A DNA stretch of 64,000 nucleotides from Lytechinus pictus (lineage: Eukaryota), in the NCBI RefSeq assembly GCF_037042905.1, contig NC_087261.1:9982001-10046000 (forward strand), in the 5' to 3' direction. Position numbers and translations under genes: made by a program. Shown piece after piece: positions 61,466-64,000 of the stretch (position 1 is the first letter of the stretch; every line of letters begins with the position of its first letter). The notes under the pieces are model-generated. The model made no database searches. It had not been told where the DNA came from and saw nothing but the letters and a program-made list of their open reading frames with translations.

Positions 61466-64000
61466 GTGTGGGTGTGGGATAATTACATCTCCATGGTGCG
61501 TGTTGTAAGTTATTACGTGTTGGTATGGCCCCCTACGCGCTCTATCCATTTTGTTTTAAATGTATATCGATGCTTTCAACATGTTCAAAGTCCGGGTTCA
61601 AAGTAGAGCCGAGAAGAAAAGGCCGATGAAGGCGCTGTGTACGATTGATACTCTGCAGTTATTGACTATCAGACTAGATCTACGCACGAACGAAATCGTT
61701 CATAAACGCAACATGCATACTCGCATCATGAATATTCATAACCAGTAAATAGTTCTGAAATCCACGATTTTAAACGTTTTATTGCATTTTTTCTTTAATT
61801 TTCACATTTTGATGAATTTCATAACGAGATAAAAAGTTTTAATTTTGTCAATGAAATATGATACATAACTCATCTTTACAACAATAAGCTTATTGAAGAA
61901 TTAATGAAGTTTATTAAAGAGGAAAGTTGGTTAGCAGTAACCATAATATTGTAAAAGAAAAGAACAATACTTTAAATATGAATATTGATTCCCACTTGGT
62001 ATGGGAATCATTTCTTGTCCTTACACTCAGTGTACCTGTGTCTCCTAGCCCGGGATGTGACGGTACCTTGGTGGTAGGGGGAAGGATATACGATCTGTTT
62101 TGTATTTTTTTTCCACCCCACCCCCCCCCCCCACCCTCTCCTTTAAAAAAAGGAAAAGAAAAAAAAATGGAAATATGAATAAAATGAGATGAAAATTTAA
62201 ATGAGAAATTAAGATGCAAAACAAGTATTTTTCTAAAATAACTTTCCCATATTTTGAGGACTATGATGATGAGAATAATGATGATGGCGGTCTTGGTGGT
62301 GATGATGATTATGATAGCGATGATAGTGATGATGATGATGATGAAGTTGATGGTGATGATGATGATGATGATGGAGTTGATGGTGGCGATGATGATGATG
62401 ATTATGATAATGATGGTGGNNNNNNNNNNNNNNNNNNNNNNNNNNNNNNNNNNNNNNNNNNNNNNNNNNNNNNNNNNNNNNNNNNNNNNNNNNNNNNNNN
62501 NNNNNNNNNNNNNNNNNNNNNNNNNNNNNNNNNNNNNNNNNNNNNNNNNNNNNNNNNNNNNNNNNNNNNNNNNNNNNNNNNNNNNNNNNNNNNNNNNNNN
62601 NATAGCGATGATGGTGATGATGATGACGATGATGATTATGATGATGATAATGATGTTGGTGGTGGTGATGATGATGATGATCTTGATACTGATGTTGATA
62701 CTGATGTTAATGGTGATACCATACACCTACTACAACATGGTGATCCCGATGTTGGTGGTGATGAAGGTAATGACAATGACCGGGGTACGAAGGAGAAGAA
62801 GTTGACGGCGATGGTGGTGGTATTTTAAAGTTGCTAATGATCAAATTAATGATGATGACCATGATGAACATTCGGTTCCATGATATTTGCTCCGGCGACA
62901 ATTGCCCCGATGATTAATGTGCACGTTAAGCAAAATCTAGAACCTAACCTTCAAATAAAACCTTATCCTCATCTTTGAATTATTCTGAACCAAACTTGAA
63001 CAATATTACATATGCCCTCTGAGATAATAAGACCGGAGCAAATGTCTTGTTACCGACGATTATAGTGATTATGATGAGGATCATTGGATTGCCTTCTTTC
63101 TCATTCATTTCTCTCCTATATAGTGTTAAATTTTTTCCTCAATTTGTATCCATATTCCCTTTAAAATACTATTCTTTCATTATTTTTGTTCTAATTATTT
63201 CTTAGAGTAATTTATATCTGCATCCCTATCTAATCTACAAGATTTATCATTTTTAATACACTCTACCAAATCTCCTTGTTAATTATTTTTTCGCTTTACT
63301 TTCCAAAATAAAAACACAAAATTTTGTACTTAAATATGATATTTTAAAATAATGTTATATAATGTTGTGTTTTCTTTTTGATTGAAAATGTAAGTCAAAT
63401 CATTTAAGTTCACCCTTTATCTACAAAATTTTGTAGTAAATTCTATTTACAGGTGGCACTCGACTATTTGTTCGTCGCCTAATAAAATCATTGGCGCCAA
63501 ATGGATTTCTCGATGTCATGCAAATTCGATTCTGTATAACTAAATAATGATAAAATTAATGTTTAGGGAAGTATACCATCGGGGGCGGATCGAAATTTTA
63601 CCAGACGGAGAGGTTAGAAAGGGCACTTTTTACCCCCCCCCCAAAAAAAAAAAAAAAAAAAAAATACAGAAGATGATCACTTTTTTTACTGATGGTAGTT
63701 TTTTCTCGTTAAATTTTGACAAGCCCCACCCCCCCCCCCAAAAAAAAAAGTGAAAAAGGTAGATGGCACAATGCCTGCTCGACACCCTGTATACCCTTTT
63801 CGGCATACATTCGTAATCATGGTAATTCCGACGCTTCGTTATTCCGAAGGTTCGAATATTCCAAGGGTTCGTTATTCCAAAAGTTCGTTATTCCGAAGGT
63901 TCGTTCGTCCATAAACGAAATAAGGTTCGTTAATCCGAAAATGAAATAAAGTTCGTTTGAAGTACTTATTCTATTCCTGTATTCCATGAAGTTTTTAAAA

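Overview
AT-rich, intron-containing animal genomic DNA with five N-gaps. It is not prokaryotic; the gene and repeat content suggest an echinoderm such as a sea urchin, which is an inference. Two complete, convergently oriented type-I membrane receptor genes could be assembled by hand with consistent splice phases. (1) On the + strand, a 5-exon scavenger receptor (signal peptide, 3 SRCR domains, TM, Tyr-motif tail; about 557 aa) at 10717-18739. (2) On the - strand, a 6-exon receptor with an unusual architecture (signal peptide, WSC domain with a 4-Cys insert, 3 CCP/sushi-like domains in one exon, S/T stalk, TM, about 395-aa disordered tail with SH2/SH3 motifs; about 800 aa) at 48650-21097. Upstream of the second gene lies an intact, apparently very recent Ty3/Gypsy LTR retrotransposon (51219-58679). 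It has 696-bp LTRs, a GTAC TSD, a tRNA-Leu PBS, a gag ORF opening inside the 5' LTR and a candidate non-canonical -1 frameshift signal. The rest is a dense collection of non-autonomous DNA transposons/MITEs, SINEs, microsatellites and Penelope-like fragments, two of which carry minimal hammerhead ribozyme motifs.
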